Of a DNA stretch of 64,000 bases, positions 25,355-38,730 are shown one piece after another. Below the pieces are notes generated by a model that saw only the letters and a list, made by a program, of their open reading frames with translations, was not told where the DNA came from and did not search any database. How positions within the stretch are numbered: position 1 is the first letter of the stretch; each line of letters opens with the position of its first letter. This DNA comes from Lama guanicoe. Its lineage: Eukaryota. The position numbers and the translations under genes are program-made. The stretch is taken from contig MU053561.1 in assembly GCA_013239625.1 (NCBI GenBank), forward strand, positions 3,612,283 through 3,676,282, read 5' to 3'.

Positions 25355-27326
25355 TTTTAAAGAATAAGCTTGTGTATTTGTGTGTAGATTCACATTGGCA
25401 GAGGGGGGACTGGGGGATAGAATGAGATTGTTAGCATTTGGAACCTGGAAAATAAGCAGTTGTCTCTTAATCTTACATATTTCTTTTAAGGGGTGTCTTC
25501 ACGACCTCAGCAAATACCTCCTTTTAACATTTCATCTTGACTCCAAAACACCACCAACATCTTCTTTGATAAGAGTTCCCCCTACTGGACGTGCTGTTAT
25601 TAATCCTTCAGTCTCCAAAGCTAAGATCTTGCCCCCTGTGCTAGGATATTCCAGCAACTCCTCACCCCTTAGGCCCTGTCACAAACGCACTGGAGAAGTT
25701 CAAAGATCATCTATCATCCCACGAGTGGAAGAGTTTGGAAAAACCATCCCACACGAGGGCTGTTAAATTCAAAGACGTCCTGGAAAAAGGGAAAAAAGTT
25801 CGGTGCAAGCATCAGTGATCTCTCTACTCAGAGAATAAGTGATCGGGGGTTCAAATGAGCAAACGGGCATGTGGGAAGTTGTTGCCAGGACTATTCCTTG
25901 CTTCCCTCGAAAGCAGGCACTTCTCTGTCCCTCAGTAAGTCTCTGCCTGTGACCACGTATCTGACCCCGAGAGATCTGTTCCCTCACTCAAAGTTTGGGA
26001 AAGACCCTTGCTTCTTCTCTCCTTACCTCCTCTGTGGCACCATGGGGCCTGGGAGCCCCAGTCATGCCTTAAGTACCTCGTCTCTAAGGTGACGCCAAGC
26101 CCAATAATGGTAGAATTTCTAGAAAGGAATTCCTGCTCTATCACCAGACTTTTAAAAGTCTTGAACGCCTCTACAAAGAATGGGCCCTAAGAACCAATCC
26201 CTGGCAGGCATCCCCTGATCTCAGGAGACATTAGGGGCAGAATTCACTCAACCAATAGCTATTTATTGGGTATTAACTCTATGCCAGGTACTGGGTTAGG
26301 TGCTGAAGAGAGCCAGGATCCTGCCTTGAGGGAATTCAGGATAAAGCTGAGAAAATGGAGGAATAAAGAGGTGTCATAGGGGAGCACAGAGTGCTACAGG
26401 AACACTCCCAAGAGCGCAAACAAGGGTTATCACTGATGCCTAACACTGGGAGCCGAAGGACGACGAAAGTCTTTGTAATAGATGGTGCAAGTCAATGTCA
26501 CCCGAACCCAAGGATCAGTCCTAACAACTCAACAAGGGTAACAACCAGTCAGGTGTTCCTCCCAGTGGGAGAGAGTAGGGACTACATAGCACCATTTAAG
26601 GATTATTACTGAAAAAAAAAAATGGTACTGAGTCTAGTCAAGTCTCTGGATTCTCTACCTATTTTACAGGAAATATTGGGGTTAAAGGAACATGTCAAAT
26701 GACACCAGGAGGATGCAATCTGACAAATTTAGAAGGAGAGAAATTCTATAGAGCAAACACCTTAGTTTTCTTCAACAAATAATTGGAATGGAATCACAAA
26801 TAAAATAAAATGGAGGAGCTGTTAGAGATGAAAAGAGATTTAAGATACAAATCAAACATAACTTGTAGATCAGGTTTTGTTCTTGATTCAAACAAATCAA
26901 CTATAAAAAGACATTTGGGGGACAATGACCTGAAATTAAACACTAACTAGATATTATGATATTAACAAATTGTTATTATTTTTGTTGAGAATGATAATGG
27001 GATTGTGGTTATGTTCACCTTAAAAGAAGGGTCCTTATGTTAGAGACAGACAAGGAAGAGCTCACAGGTTGAATGATACGATACTTGAGTTGGCTAAAAT
27101 AGAACATTTCTACGATTAAAAAGTATGTGAAAAGAAAAAGAAAAAGAAAAAGGAAATTTAGGGACCAGGTCTTTCTTATTCACTGGTAACATACAAGAGA
27201 AACCTCGTTTAATCTAAGGTGTTGAGAAGAAGGCCTGACTATAGAAACCAAGTTCCAGTGATGGAAAAAATTTCAGGGAAGTCTTCCAGAGGGGAAACAG
27301 AGAACCACATAGGATGTGTTCCAAAA

Positions 27327-27488
27327 CCTTGTTGCTCAAAGAGTGGTCCATTACCCAGGAGCACTGGCATCTCCTGGTTTATTATAAATGCAAAATCTCA
27401 GGCCTACCTCAGACCCACTGAACCAGAAACTGCATTTTAACAAAATCTCCAGGTGATGCAGATGCACATTAAAGTTTGAAACCCACTG
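27327..27488. mobile_element. MER5A-like (hAT-Charlie)
   Basis: ctcaaagagtggtcc...aaatgcaaaatctcaggcc...gaaactgcattttaacaaaatctccaggtgat...gcacattaaagtttgaaacccactg. Confidence 0.8.
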
Positions 27489-28716
27489 CTCTAAGTGCAT
27501 GCTCATCTTTTAATAAAGTTGCTTCATTATCCACCTCTGAAAGCGCCTCGTGACCAAATCTAAGATTTCATGCAGGATCCCCTGAGAGCAAAGATTTGCG
27601 TATTAATCTGTGGCAACACCTACTAATGGCTGATCCACCATCTATTCCTGGCCCCCAGCCACACAACATCCTCCCTGCCATGCTTCCTAATTGGTAATCT
27701 GCCACCCATGACCTTGACCAGATGGTGTACTGCCTTGGGACCCCTGGCCTCATCAGCTGATTCCACACTCAGGCAGAACCATGTTATAAAGCAAGGCTGG
27801 TGCCTGGAGCATCCATAGAGATGGATGGGCCCCCAAAGATTGTGGCATGCAATTAAAGGGAAAGAACTCTATTAAGTATTTTTATGAGAGGCCACGGCCC
27901 TTTACAGATAAGGGTCACCAGCCCTGCTATTAATCTAGTCTGGCTCTGTCCTCCAAATAGAAAATACTTTACATAGAAAGAGATATGAGGAGGGCACAGG
28001 GGCAGCTGTGGAGCGCTTCACATCCACTGAGATAAGTGAGAATCTCCTCTACCCTCTCTTTTTCAAAGACAGAAACAAAGGTTTGTCTCCACTAGTGTTA
28101 TCTGTCCTTTTGGATAGAGCCAACTTGGGAGCAGCATCTACGCCTTCTTTGTGATTAACTTTTGTTCATGCACACAGCTGCTTAATGAATATTGATTCTG
28201 GTGATTGCTTTGATTAATAGGGTCCGAGGAATTTCACACTTAATATCCGAGTAGAGATGAGGCATGTGGCATCCTTTGAATTCTCCTGGAACTGGCAACT
28301 GCATCACAGCCTCTTTTATGAAGTGTCTCCGAAGAAATTCTTTCCATATTTCTGAATGTTTGCCATCAGGTTCACCCAAACATCTTCAAGTCTGACTCTT
28401 GGTTTTGTTTCCACTGCCCCGGGCTCAAGGAGACAGAGCTGAGCGGTGGGACTGGGGCGGGGCAGCGTAGTGGTTTAAGATGTGGGTTCTGGGTTTAAAT
28501 CCCAATTTTGCTGTTTACCAGCAGTGTAACTTTGAAATGCCTTACCCTCTCTATGCCTCAGTTTTCAACATATAAAACAGGGCTGATAATGACTTCCACC
28601 TCACAGTTTTGTCCTGAGGACTAGATGAGGTAATAATATATGTGAAGCACTCAGAGCAGTGCCTGGAACACAGTAAGGCTCATTAGTGGCATTTATTATT
28701 ACCCACACAAATACTA

Positions 28717-29481
28717 TGTTCCAACACCAATTCTCTGATGCCGACTGGGTGTCCTATAATTCAATTCAGTTCTGATACTAACTACCTGGCGTGAGCCCTG
28801 ACCCTACAAGTTAAGGATGCTGAAGTGAGTGTCAGATGCCACAAGATAAAGGGCTGCCCTTACTTCAAATGCCAGCTGCAAGTGGTGTTCTCAGGACACC
28901 TGCACTTCTGAGTTGGCTACAAATTAGGGGGTTTCCATGTCCCTCCTTCAGGTTTGATAGTTCATTAGGATGACTAAAGGCTACACACAGCTGAGGAACC
29001 GCCTAATGGAAGAGATGCAAAGGGCCAGCTCATGGGGAGAAAGACACAGAGCGTCTGCGCCCTCTCTGGCGTCACCCTCCCAGTACATCAACCTCTTCAC
29101 CACCCAGCACGCTCTCCTGATTGTTGGTGCCGTTTTCCTCCTCAGTTTCATTGCACCGGTAGGATTGATTAGATCATCGGCCATGTGATTGAACTCAGTC
29201 TCCAGCTCCCCTCCCCTTCTTCCCAGAGATCAGGGCTGGGGTTCAAAGTTCCAACTCTCTCATTATAATCACCTGCTTGGTTTTTCTGACAGCGCCAGTC
29301 TCTGCACTGAAATTATTTAAAGGGCCATCAAGAGTCAGCTCGTTAGCATAAGCTCAGGTATGGTCAAAAGGGACTCATGCTAATAAAAGACAGTACTGTC
29401 ACTCAGGACATTCCAAGAAGTTTTGGAACTCTGTGCCGGGAACCAGGGATAAAGACCAGCTGTATTCTTTATTACAGCACA
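28717..29481 (-). mobile_element. MER21-like LTR
   Basis: ctgggtgtcctataattcaattcagttctgatactaactacctgg...ttggctacaaattagggggtttcc...gttagcataagctcagg...gggaaccagggataaagacc...acagcaca. Confidence 0.7.
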
Positions 29482-29689
29482 CTCAACAAATATTCTGAGC
29501 ACTTATGTTGGGCCAGTTGCTAGGCTAGTCATTGGGGAATAATCTACGTGTTCAATGATTTTCATTAAACCACCAGCCTGGAAGACAGTGTCATATCCAG
29601 ACCATGAATCAGGACTGCCACCTTTGCTTCTTCATCAGGACTACCCACATAGAACCACATCTCAGGGATCTTAAGAATCACAACCTTTT

Positions 29690-30441
29690 CCCACAGACAA
29701 TAATGCTATAGAGGGTGTGGAGAAAAGGAAACTTTCTTACGCTGCTGGTGGGAATGTAGTTTGGTGCAGCCATTATGGAAAACAGTACAGAGATGCCTCA
29801 GAAAACTAAAAATAGGCTTACCATATGATCCAGCAATCCCACTCCTGGGCATATATCTGGAGAAAATTCTAATTTGAAAAGATACATGCACCCCACTGTT
29901 CATAGCAGCACTATTTACAATAGCCAAGACATGGAAGTAAACTAAATGTCCCTCAACAGATGAGTAGATAAAGATGTGGTATATTTATACAATGGGATGC
30001 TACTCAGCCATAAAAAGGAGCAAAATAATGCCATTTTCAGCAACATGGATGGACCTAGAGATCATCATACTAAGTGAAGTAGGTCAGACAAAGACAAATA
30101 TCATATGATAGCACTTACATGTGGCATCTTAAAAAATAATACAAATGAACTTAATTACAGAACAGAAACAGACACACAGACATAGAAAACAAACTTATGG
30201 TTACCAAAAGGGAAAGGGGTAGGGGAGGGATAAATCAGGATAAATTAGGATAAATTACTATATATGAAATAGATAAACAACAAGGCCCCACAATATAGCA
30301 CAGGGACCTATACTCAATATCTTGTAATAACCTATAATAAAAAAGAATATGAAAAAGAATATGTATATGTATAACTGAATCATTTTTCTGTACACCAAAA
30401 CTAACACATTATAAATCAACTATACTTCAATTAAAAAAAAA
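29690..30441 (+). mobile_element. L1 3' end (ORF2 C-terminus, 3' UTR, polyA), 5'-truncated
   Basis: Closely similar to the L1 at 11850-12620; TSD aagaatcac (29673-29681 / 30442-30450) at a CTT/AA site. Confidence 0.9.
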
Positions 30442-31830
30442 AAGAATCACGTTTTTGAGCTGCAAGGTACCTGAGAATTTACTAGAATAACTCCACTCCT
30501 TTTAGATGAGGAGACTAAGAGTTAATTGCCCAAAGGTTATATACATCAGGGACACATGTTATGACTGCAAATCTGCAGCTATATCCGCACACCATGAGCC
30601 CTGGGCACCTGTGCCAAAGGTGGGAGGTAGATATTTACTGCTCTTTGGATTAAGGGCTCGGTCATCTTCCTCACTTACTATTATGGTCCTCCGAGCTGGC
30701 TCAGAGGATGAACAGGACATGCTAGGGAGAGCTGCTGGTCTGAGAAATAGACCATCAGAGCATGCGCCCTCTCCCTTCTCCTCCTCCTAAGTCAATCAGC
30801 TATCCTACCACCACCTTCTACCCCTGCAGGAAAGGTCCTAATACTTTGGCAAGTCCATTCTACTCAATATTTGGGGAAAGGGACACCCACTAGGTACCAA
30901 GCATCCTTCAGAGCTAAGACTTGGCCCCATATGACATCTACATACATAACTTGAATGTGAAAAATAATGTGGGAAATGCGGTACCTACCAAAGGCATAAT
31001 GGACTATCAAAGTAAAGGGGAAGGAGGCTAATTAATGTGAGGAGTCCTAGTGCAACACTGCTTTTGCAAGGTGCTGACCTTCCGCTAGCCCCCAGGCCAG
31101 TGAGGTAGTATAAAGAAACAAATGGATTGAGTGCCTGTCATGCTATGCAAACACACATTGTGTTATTTACCTCCAATCTCCTACATTAGAGGTTTTCCAA
31201 CAATTTTGACTATGTACACTAATTTATGAAATATTTTGACACTGTCATAAATATATACATATTTAGTTATGGATAAAACATGAACACGTACTATGCAAAA
31301 TATGTTAAATATAGTAAGATAATTTGGAGGACTATATTTTCCATAGATGGCCATGTCAACATAATCTGCTCTTTTTGCAATGTGATATTAACACTCCTTG
31401 ACTGAAGGGTGATGTCTGTGATCCCTGCCCTGGGACCTGGGCAGAACTCTGGCACCACCCAGCTAGACTAGGACATAAGAAGAGATACTGCTCTCCTTTG
31501 TGTTTTTTCTCATGGGATGTGTGCCTTTTGGGGCCCTGAGTTGACATAGAAACATAGCTGGTCCACATGGAGAGTTGCTGACGGTCAGCTCCACCTGGTC
31601 AGTTTGACCAATTAACTTCCTGACATCAGATGATTCAGGTCCCAGCCTTTGAGCTGACCCAGGTGACGCCACGTGGAGCAAAGGCAAGCTATTTCTGCTG
31701 AGCTGTGCCCAAATTGTGAAGTACCGAGCAAAATTATTTTACTTCATTAATGGTACAGAAACCCTCTTTCAATTTTATAATTCATAATAATGTTTTTAGT
31801 GAGATGTATAAACTTATTAAAAAGCAAATA

Positions 31831-32000
31831 CCTACTGTATAGCACAGGGAACTAGAGTTAATTTCTTGTAATAACCTATAATGGAAAAGAGTCTGAAAAT
31901 ATATATATATGTGTATATACATGTAAAACTGAATCATTTTGCTGTACACCTGAAACTAACATTGTAAATCAACTACACTTCAATAAAAAATAAAAATTAA
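31831..32000 (+). mobile_element. Short L1 3'-UTR stub
   Basis: cctactgtatagcacagggaact...gctgtacacctgaaactaacattgtaaatcaactacacttcaataaaa; aaaaagcaaa on both flanks. Confidence 0.8.
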
Positions 32001-32078
32001 AAAAAGCAAAAAAAACTAGTTTAACATGCAGTAATTCAAAATTGTGATTCTATGCTATTTATTTCCCCTCTAGATTTT

Positions 32079-32359
32079 TTTTTATTGAGATATAATTGAC
32101 ATATAACACTGTATTAGTTTCAGGTGTACAACATAATGATTTGGTTATTTGTATATATTGCAAAATAATCACAAGTTCAGTTAACATCCATCACCACACA
32201 CAGTGACAATATTTTTTCTCTTGTAATGAGACGTGTTAAGATCTATTCTCTTGGCAACTCTCAAATACACAATACAGTATTATCAACTGTACCATGCTGT
32301 ACATCACATCCCCAGGACTGACTTATTTTATAACTGGATATTTGTACTTTTTGACTGCT
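32079..32359 (-). mobile_element. L1MA-type 3' end
   Basis: ttattgagatataattgacatataacactgtattagtttcaggtgtacaacataatgat...; TSD ctctagatttt (32068-32078 / 32360-32370). Confidence 0.8.
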
Positions 32360-33186
32360 CTCTAGATTTTCATGGCAGACATGGCCAAAAAAATACCTCA
32401 CTTCATGAAAACGCGATTTACACCATAATTGTGCCCTGTACTTAATGACACAAATTTGCTCCTTAAAAAGTCTTGATCATTTCTAATTTGGGGGCTGACT
32501 TTGTGTCAGAGCTCATTATGTTGTTTTCGCTTTTACGCCAAGATGTGGCTGACAGAGAGTTCACGCCAAGGGTTGAGGAGTGACTCTGAACTTCCCGTTT
32601 CTTTGGTCCGCTGTTTTTATGCAGGAATCGCTTCATGTCACTCATTCATCTAGTGACGAAGCATTTAGTTAAAGGAGGTACAGACTGTAAGCACTACTGC
32701 CGCAGTGATCTGCTCACATCCTCCCTGTTTTCCACCTCCAGCTTCTCCTCATCACCTTCGGGATAAACATCCAAGCCGCAAACCCAGCAGACCACACCCT
32801 CCACTTCCCCACATGCACTGGGCGCCAGCCTGTCCACATCACACGCAGCCTCTGTTCAGTCTTTCACGATGAATGATTATCTACATTTAAGTCAAATGCT
32901 CAGAAGACAGCAGCTCTTTCAAACGTATATACACCTTGTCAATGACGGCAGGGAGAAGGGGTCCCATTGACTCGTATGACTACCTTCTTACACAAAACAA
33001 TGGCAGAAACTAACAGAACAACACTCCTTAAAGGTGCCGGAAACTGTAGGGTTGGGGGCTGGGGCAGGGGAGCTCTTGTCATAACTACCACAGTATACTT
33101 GTCTCCGGGGACTTAGTGTGGACAGGATAATGACAGTCACCCAACAATTAGCCAGATCACTGTTCCTTTAAATGCACGACCTTTCG

Positions 33187-33290
33187 GTGGGGACAGGGTA
33201 TAGCTCAGGGGCAGAGTGCATGCTTAGCGCGCATGAGGTCCTGGGTTCGCCAGTACCCCCATTAAAATAAATTTTAAAAATTGAAATAAA
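33187..33290 (+). mobile_element. Camelid tRNA-derived SINE (Vic-1 type)
   Basis: GGGTATAGCTCAGGGGCAGAGTGCATGCTTAGC...GTCCTGGGTTC plus an A-rich tail; TSD taaatgcacgaccttt (33169-33184) / taaatgcatgatcttt (33291-33306). Confidence 0.85.
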
Positions 33291-35908
33291 TAAATGCATG
33301 ATCTTTAACAATCTCATTTTTCAGTACGGTTCCTATTACCCACCCCAACGCCCAGAGCAAGGCTTTTCATCTGTTGCACAACTGTAGTTTTTAGATCGGC
33401 ATCCGCAGCAAAATAGAATTCTGTTCACCAAAAACTACTATTGTAGTCAAGCCTTGAAGAACTCACCTATTCTGTAAAGTAGGCATATTTATATTCCTCT
33501 TTTCCTTTAGGGATAGAGAAGGGAGATGGAGTAGGCAAATGCATGCAGCTCACCGGTTATTAACACGGTGGATTCCATCCTCTGTGGATCCTGAAGGGTG
33601 TGTTTTTTATCCTGGGCCAACCCTGACGGAAGTACCTGGGGAACAAAAACTCATTTTAAAATTAGTCCAAGTAAAAATAAATAATGAGGAAAGAAAATGC
33701 ACTGTAAAAAAGAATGAGGCAAGTGAAAGCCAGATAATACGGTTTTGATCAATCACCGTCTCTGGACTGTCTTTTCTCTACTGCCCCTTCTATTTACAAG
33801 CATAATTGAATGTTGACTCCATGGTGATGAGGAACACTTAGGAGAAAATATTGCTATTAAGGTGATCAAGATTTGTTAAACTTGTGCCTTACTTTCAAGG
33901 GACCCCTCTCCGGAAATGTCTCCGGTTTTCAGAGTCTGTGCCTCCCTAGGTTTTAGGTCTGATTTGCCTTTCATGCCCATCGACCTCCTAGGTGGGGCAT
34001 TAGCTCTCCAAACGTCAGCGGGTCCTAAGGGTCTCTGACAGCATTTCCCTATGATGTTTCCTTGGACATTCACAATTCCAGGAGGTTCCAAAAGGACATT
34101 TCTTAATGCTCACATCTTCTTTTTCTTTTCCACTTCCTTTCTCTTTTTCATCCTTTGGGAGATATTTTTGAAGACATGATCTCCTTCCTTGCCCAAATAT
34201 GTAGTGCCCTGAACATCTAGTTCCCTGCTGATCTCTGTGAATTTTTTCCTTTCTCACCTTCCTTGTCTCGGGGGGTCGATGACATCCAAGTCCACTCAAG
34301 AGGAGAAGATAGACTTGATTTTTTATACTTTCAAAAGAATGATAAGGCTGTCTGTCCATGATGGCAACACAGTTATCGTGATGAGTCATTTATTAAGACA
34401 TAAGATTTGTAATACAGATGACAGAAAATTAGTTGTTTGATGGCAAATTCGCTTTCCCCTCTGTGGTAAGAACATCCAATAGCTCAGGCCCGAAGTTAGT
34501 GGAGTAACATCCAGAAAGTCTTTTCTTATCCTGCCTTGAGAAGTAGAACCAAGTATCAGAGCGTCAGAAAGCCTTGTAAAATAATCTCTTGAAGACGTCA
34601 CACTGGTATTCTAGGAGCCATCGCTAGGAGCCAGGCAGCCTCAGTGAACTTCTAGGGAAAGTTCTTAGACTTTCCAGAGAGATGCTTGCCAGGCTTCCGT
34701 TGACAAGCCATTGACCTGAGGGGCAGAGGGCAATTTGTTTTCTTGTCCACTGGAAATTTCAATATTTCCATCGACTCTCTTTAGGCAGAATGGGGCGTGC
34801 CTTCTCTCACTCCTTTTGTGATAATGTTAATTACTAGGACCTTGAACTTGATGCAAAGTTAAGTGAAAACTGTCCTTCTATGACTCCCTGCACAGGTGGG
34901 TCACTCAGTGGATTTCACTACAACCAAATTGCTTTTATCTCCTCCTACATATTTTCCATGTTTTAATCTCGACTTACAAATGCAGTCATTGAAAAAAAAA
35001 AAAAAAAAAAAGAAACTAGACTTTGGGCCTAATGTATTTTTTTTAAATAGTGATTTTTTTTTTAAATGAAACCTACATTGGCCCGACTTCCTTTTGTCTG
35101 AATAAAAGCTCCAGCACAGTATAAAAGGGTTGCATGTGCTGAAATGTTGCCCAAGGATATGTGTTATTATTCCTCCCCCCTTGACCAGCAGGGTCTCGGT
35201 TCTCTTTCCCTTTCAGCCTTTTGTTTGAACAGATGGGGTTGGGGAAGCGAGGGAAAGAAAGCCATTCTGTTCTCATTAAGTCTCCCCATACACAAACACA
35301 AACCTGGGCTTCTGGGACTCCAATGGGATGTCTCCCACTCCATCACCATTGAGACCCGAGGTACAGAGATACAAAGGAAGCCAGGCTGAGGACCCACATC
35401 ACCATTTCAATGAGACAGCTCACCAGTGAAATTACGTTTATATATGTTTTTATAAATACATTCACAAAAGCATGTGCCTATATAGTATATGACACAAGCA
35501 AATATTGCGTGTATAGAATAAATCTATCTACTATTCACGCTGCATATATTATTTTCAGAAATTCCCTTATGATGGATAGTGATATCTTAAGAATACAAAT
35601 AATATATTTGTGATGAAAGATAAAGGGATTCTGTGAACTAAGAAAATTTCCCTTTTTTCATATCTTCTCTATACAATAGAATTAAAATATCTTAAGGATA
35701 GTGGATTTCCTACTACTCTGTGCTCTTTTGTTCAGTTGTAATGTAAAAAATAGGATTAAGCTTTCCAGTTTGGATGGTCTTATTTGTTAAAGCACTCCTA
35801 GCCAAGAAAAATATCACAAACATTTTAAAAATATGGTCTAAATATCGAAGACCCTTTCTTTAGGAGTCCTTATAAAAGTATAAGACTTAAAACTATATGT
35901 GTTGTGTT

Positions 35909-35929
35909 TGTGTGTGTGTGTGTGTGTGT
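35909..35929. repeat. (TG)n microsatellite
   Basis: About 10 TG units. Confidence 0.9.
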
Positions 35930-36352
35930 AAAGTGAAAGTTATTACAGAACCAGATGAGGGTGTTTCCCCCCTGGTGAGCAAATTCTGAGAAATGCTGTC
36001 TTTTGTTCGGGATGCTGGATTAAGAAGTGGTCTGGCTTATTTGTTAGATCATGTTTGCTTTTAAATCTCCACCCATCCTCATTACTATGATGAGGGTACC
36101 AAGACAAAGATAAACAGGGCCTGAAAAGATGTCTTCTTATGGCCAGATGCTGCCGCCTGAGCTTTTGACTCAATGAGCTCCACGTCTCAGGAGGGCAAGG
36201 GGTAAAAAAGAAAACCCTGCCCAGGAACACATGCATTTATATTTCGTAGCACATTCATACACTCAGAATGCAGTCCCAGAGGAGTGAGATGCTACTTTTA
36301 TTTTTCGAGGACATCTAAAAGTGTGGAATATGCAGAAATAAAATGAAATGGA

Positions 36353-36760
36353 TAAAACTATGGAGATCGTAAAGAGATAAGTGGATGTTGAGGGGTTCGG
36401 GGGAAGGAGAGGTGAGTAGGGAGAGCACAGAGGATTTTTAGGGCAATGAAACTATTCTGCATGAGATCATGATGGTGGATACATGTCATTATACATCTGT
36501 CAGAACTCACAGAATGCACACCACCAAGGGTGAACCCTAATATAAGCTACAGACTTTGGGTGAAAATGATGTGTCAGTGTATGTTCATGGATTGTAACAA
36601 ATGTACCACTCTGGTGGGGACATTGATGGTCAGGGAGGCTGTATGTGGCGGAGGCCAGAGGGTACATGGGAAATCTATGGACCCTCTGCTCTATTTTGCT
36701 GCGAACTGCAAAGTGCTCTAAAAAATAAAGTATTTCTTAAAAAAGAAAAAAGTCTACTTA
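36353..36760 (+). mobile_element. L1MC/MD-type 3' end
   Basis: aaaactatggagatcgtaaagaga...gtgaaccctaatataagctacagactttgg...gtaacaaatgtaccactctgg...gctctaaaaaataaagt. Confidence 0.8.
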
Positions 36761-37179
36761 AAAAAATGAAATGGAAAAGGAAAAAAAAATGAAATGGATC
36801 ACTGTGGTATCTCTCTAAGTGGGATTCCCAAATGGAGGGGAATATTTGTGTCAAAAGACAAAAGCATTTCTAGGTGGTAAACCACCTTTGTAGGTCCATC
36901 AAATAGTTCCTTGGAGTTCGTTATAAACACAAATTAGTCACTTTCCTTTTTCTTATACCTGAAGAAATTGAAGCACAAAATGCTCCCCGCCTGAGTTTAT
37001 GATCAAAAAGAGAAACTGAGTGAAACTTCGACGCTTTAGGAGCAGTTGTTTAACTCATGAACACAGGTTTCAGAAGAACCTGTTGAAAATAAAACATTTT
37101 GTCAATTCTCTAGATCACATCAAAATACGCTGATATTTAATATCCTGTCAGGGGGGAAAAAGGACTCTGTTGTGTACCA

Positions 37180-37790
37180 TAACTGTTTCCTGCTGTACAG
37201 AAAAACCCACAGGTTTGGACTAGAAAATCTTGGAATACCTTTCAACGTTTTTATTTTCAAGACTGGTTCAGATTGACTAGGCTGAGGACAGAGGGAGAGG
37301 ACTATAAATTGGCCAAACAACTGCAGGGAAAAAAGGCCAGTGATAAAAGGCAGCCAGTCCCAAGGCAGGTTGCCTAGCAGGGCGCCGCAAGGGTCAGCCC
37401 TGGGTTTCGTCCTGTTTAATATTTTTATTACCAACCTGAAGGGGGAGGGGAGACCGCATAAAAATGAAATCTGCAGATGGCTACTCATTACGGAGGATTT
37501 GCAGACCCCAGGAAGAGCAGGGATGAAATTCAGAGGTTCATTTGGAAAGGTGATTAGAGAGAACAAAGGAGGCTGGAAAGCAGGGAAATGATGATGCATC
37601 CCAGGGCAGGAACTCCAATGCGGTAGGGGAAAGGCATCTCAGGCTGCAGGAATTCTGAGAGCGTCCTGGCGACGGTCGTTAACACAAGCAACCCCCGCTT
37701 GTTGGTGAATACGTACATCATTCTGGGGGTTTGGACTAGCAAGGTAAAGGTCTATAAGACTGTCCTTAGATTGCTGACTTTCATCATAAG
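37180..37790 (+). mobile_element. Ancient CR1/L3 LINE reverse-transcriptase remnant
   Basis: The frame at 37340 reads ...RAPQGSALGFVLFNIFITNL, matching the CR1-clade RT motif GVPQGSVLGPVLFNIFINDL; boundaries approximate. Confidence 0.7.
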
Positions 37791-38604
37791 AAGACAAAGA
37801 GAATTTAAGTTAAGGAAATGCCTTCATCATTGCAGGTGCTCCTGCTGAGGGGTGAGCAAAGGCATATGGGTGAAAAGATCAGTATGCAATCAAGTCCGTG
37901 CCATTCTTCGGGGCGCACAGGCAGCCCCTGGTCCTCAGTGCCTGTCTGTGCAGTTTGGCTCCTTAGATGCACAGTTAGCACAAAGCCTTTTTCCAGGATG
38001 AGCCCTACCCACCAGCCTGGCCTCTCCTTCCCAGTGGCCCACTCATAGTCTGAAGGGCTGCCTTGGAAACTTCTGCAAGTGTTTATTCAGCTTTTCTTAT
38101 TTGCTCAACAGAGAAGTCATCACCCACTGATCAGATCCAACCCCCGCCTCCGCTTTGCTCTGAATCCTCCGTGGCTCCCCACTGCCTGGAGAAAACTGGC
38201 ACTTGCTGGCCTAGGATTCTGGCGATCTCCCAAGTAGAGTGTAGTTACCACACAATCTCTGGAATCAGACCAACTGGCTTCAAATTGCATGACTCACCAA
38301 ATGTCTACCATTGTAAGCACTTTCAACTAAATGGGGATGATAATAATATCTTCCTTGTCGTGTTCTTCTGAGTGTTAACTGAGGTAAACATATATCGAGT
38401 GTGTACATCGTGCCTGGTACAATGGTGATGCCAGTCCCAACTTTCCACATGACAGTTAGTCTCCATCTAGCCCTAATCCTGCTTTATAAAAGGATCTTTT
38501 AAAAGTAATCTTCCTTGGTTTATTTATGACATGTGTTTCATCTACCAGAAATTGATATATCCAGGAGAAATATTTGATCTGTCCTATAAAAGTGATACTT
38601 TCTT

Positions 38605-38730
38605 TTGGGGCGGGGAGGGCAGAAAAAATTAGGTTTATTTTATTTATTTCTTGGTAGAGGTACTGGGGACTGAACCCAGGCCCTCATGCATGCTAAGCAG
38701 GCACTCTACCACTGAGCTATACCCACTCCC
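38605..38730 (-). mobile_element. Camelid tRNA-derived SINE (Vic-1 type)
   Basis: Reverse complement of GGGTATAGCTCAGTGGTAGAGTGCCTGCTTAGCATGCATGAGG...CCCCAGTACCTC; TSD ataaaagtgatactttctt (38586-38604) / ataaaaatgatactttctt (38734-38752). Confidence 0.85.

Noticed and set aside
33876..34760. Coding-looking minus-strand region with several short ORFs (possible processed pseudogene or ancient element)
   Set aside because: The frames I translated by hand gave no recognisable protein; a tblastx or Dfam search would be needed.
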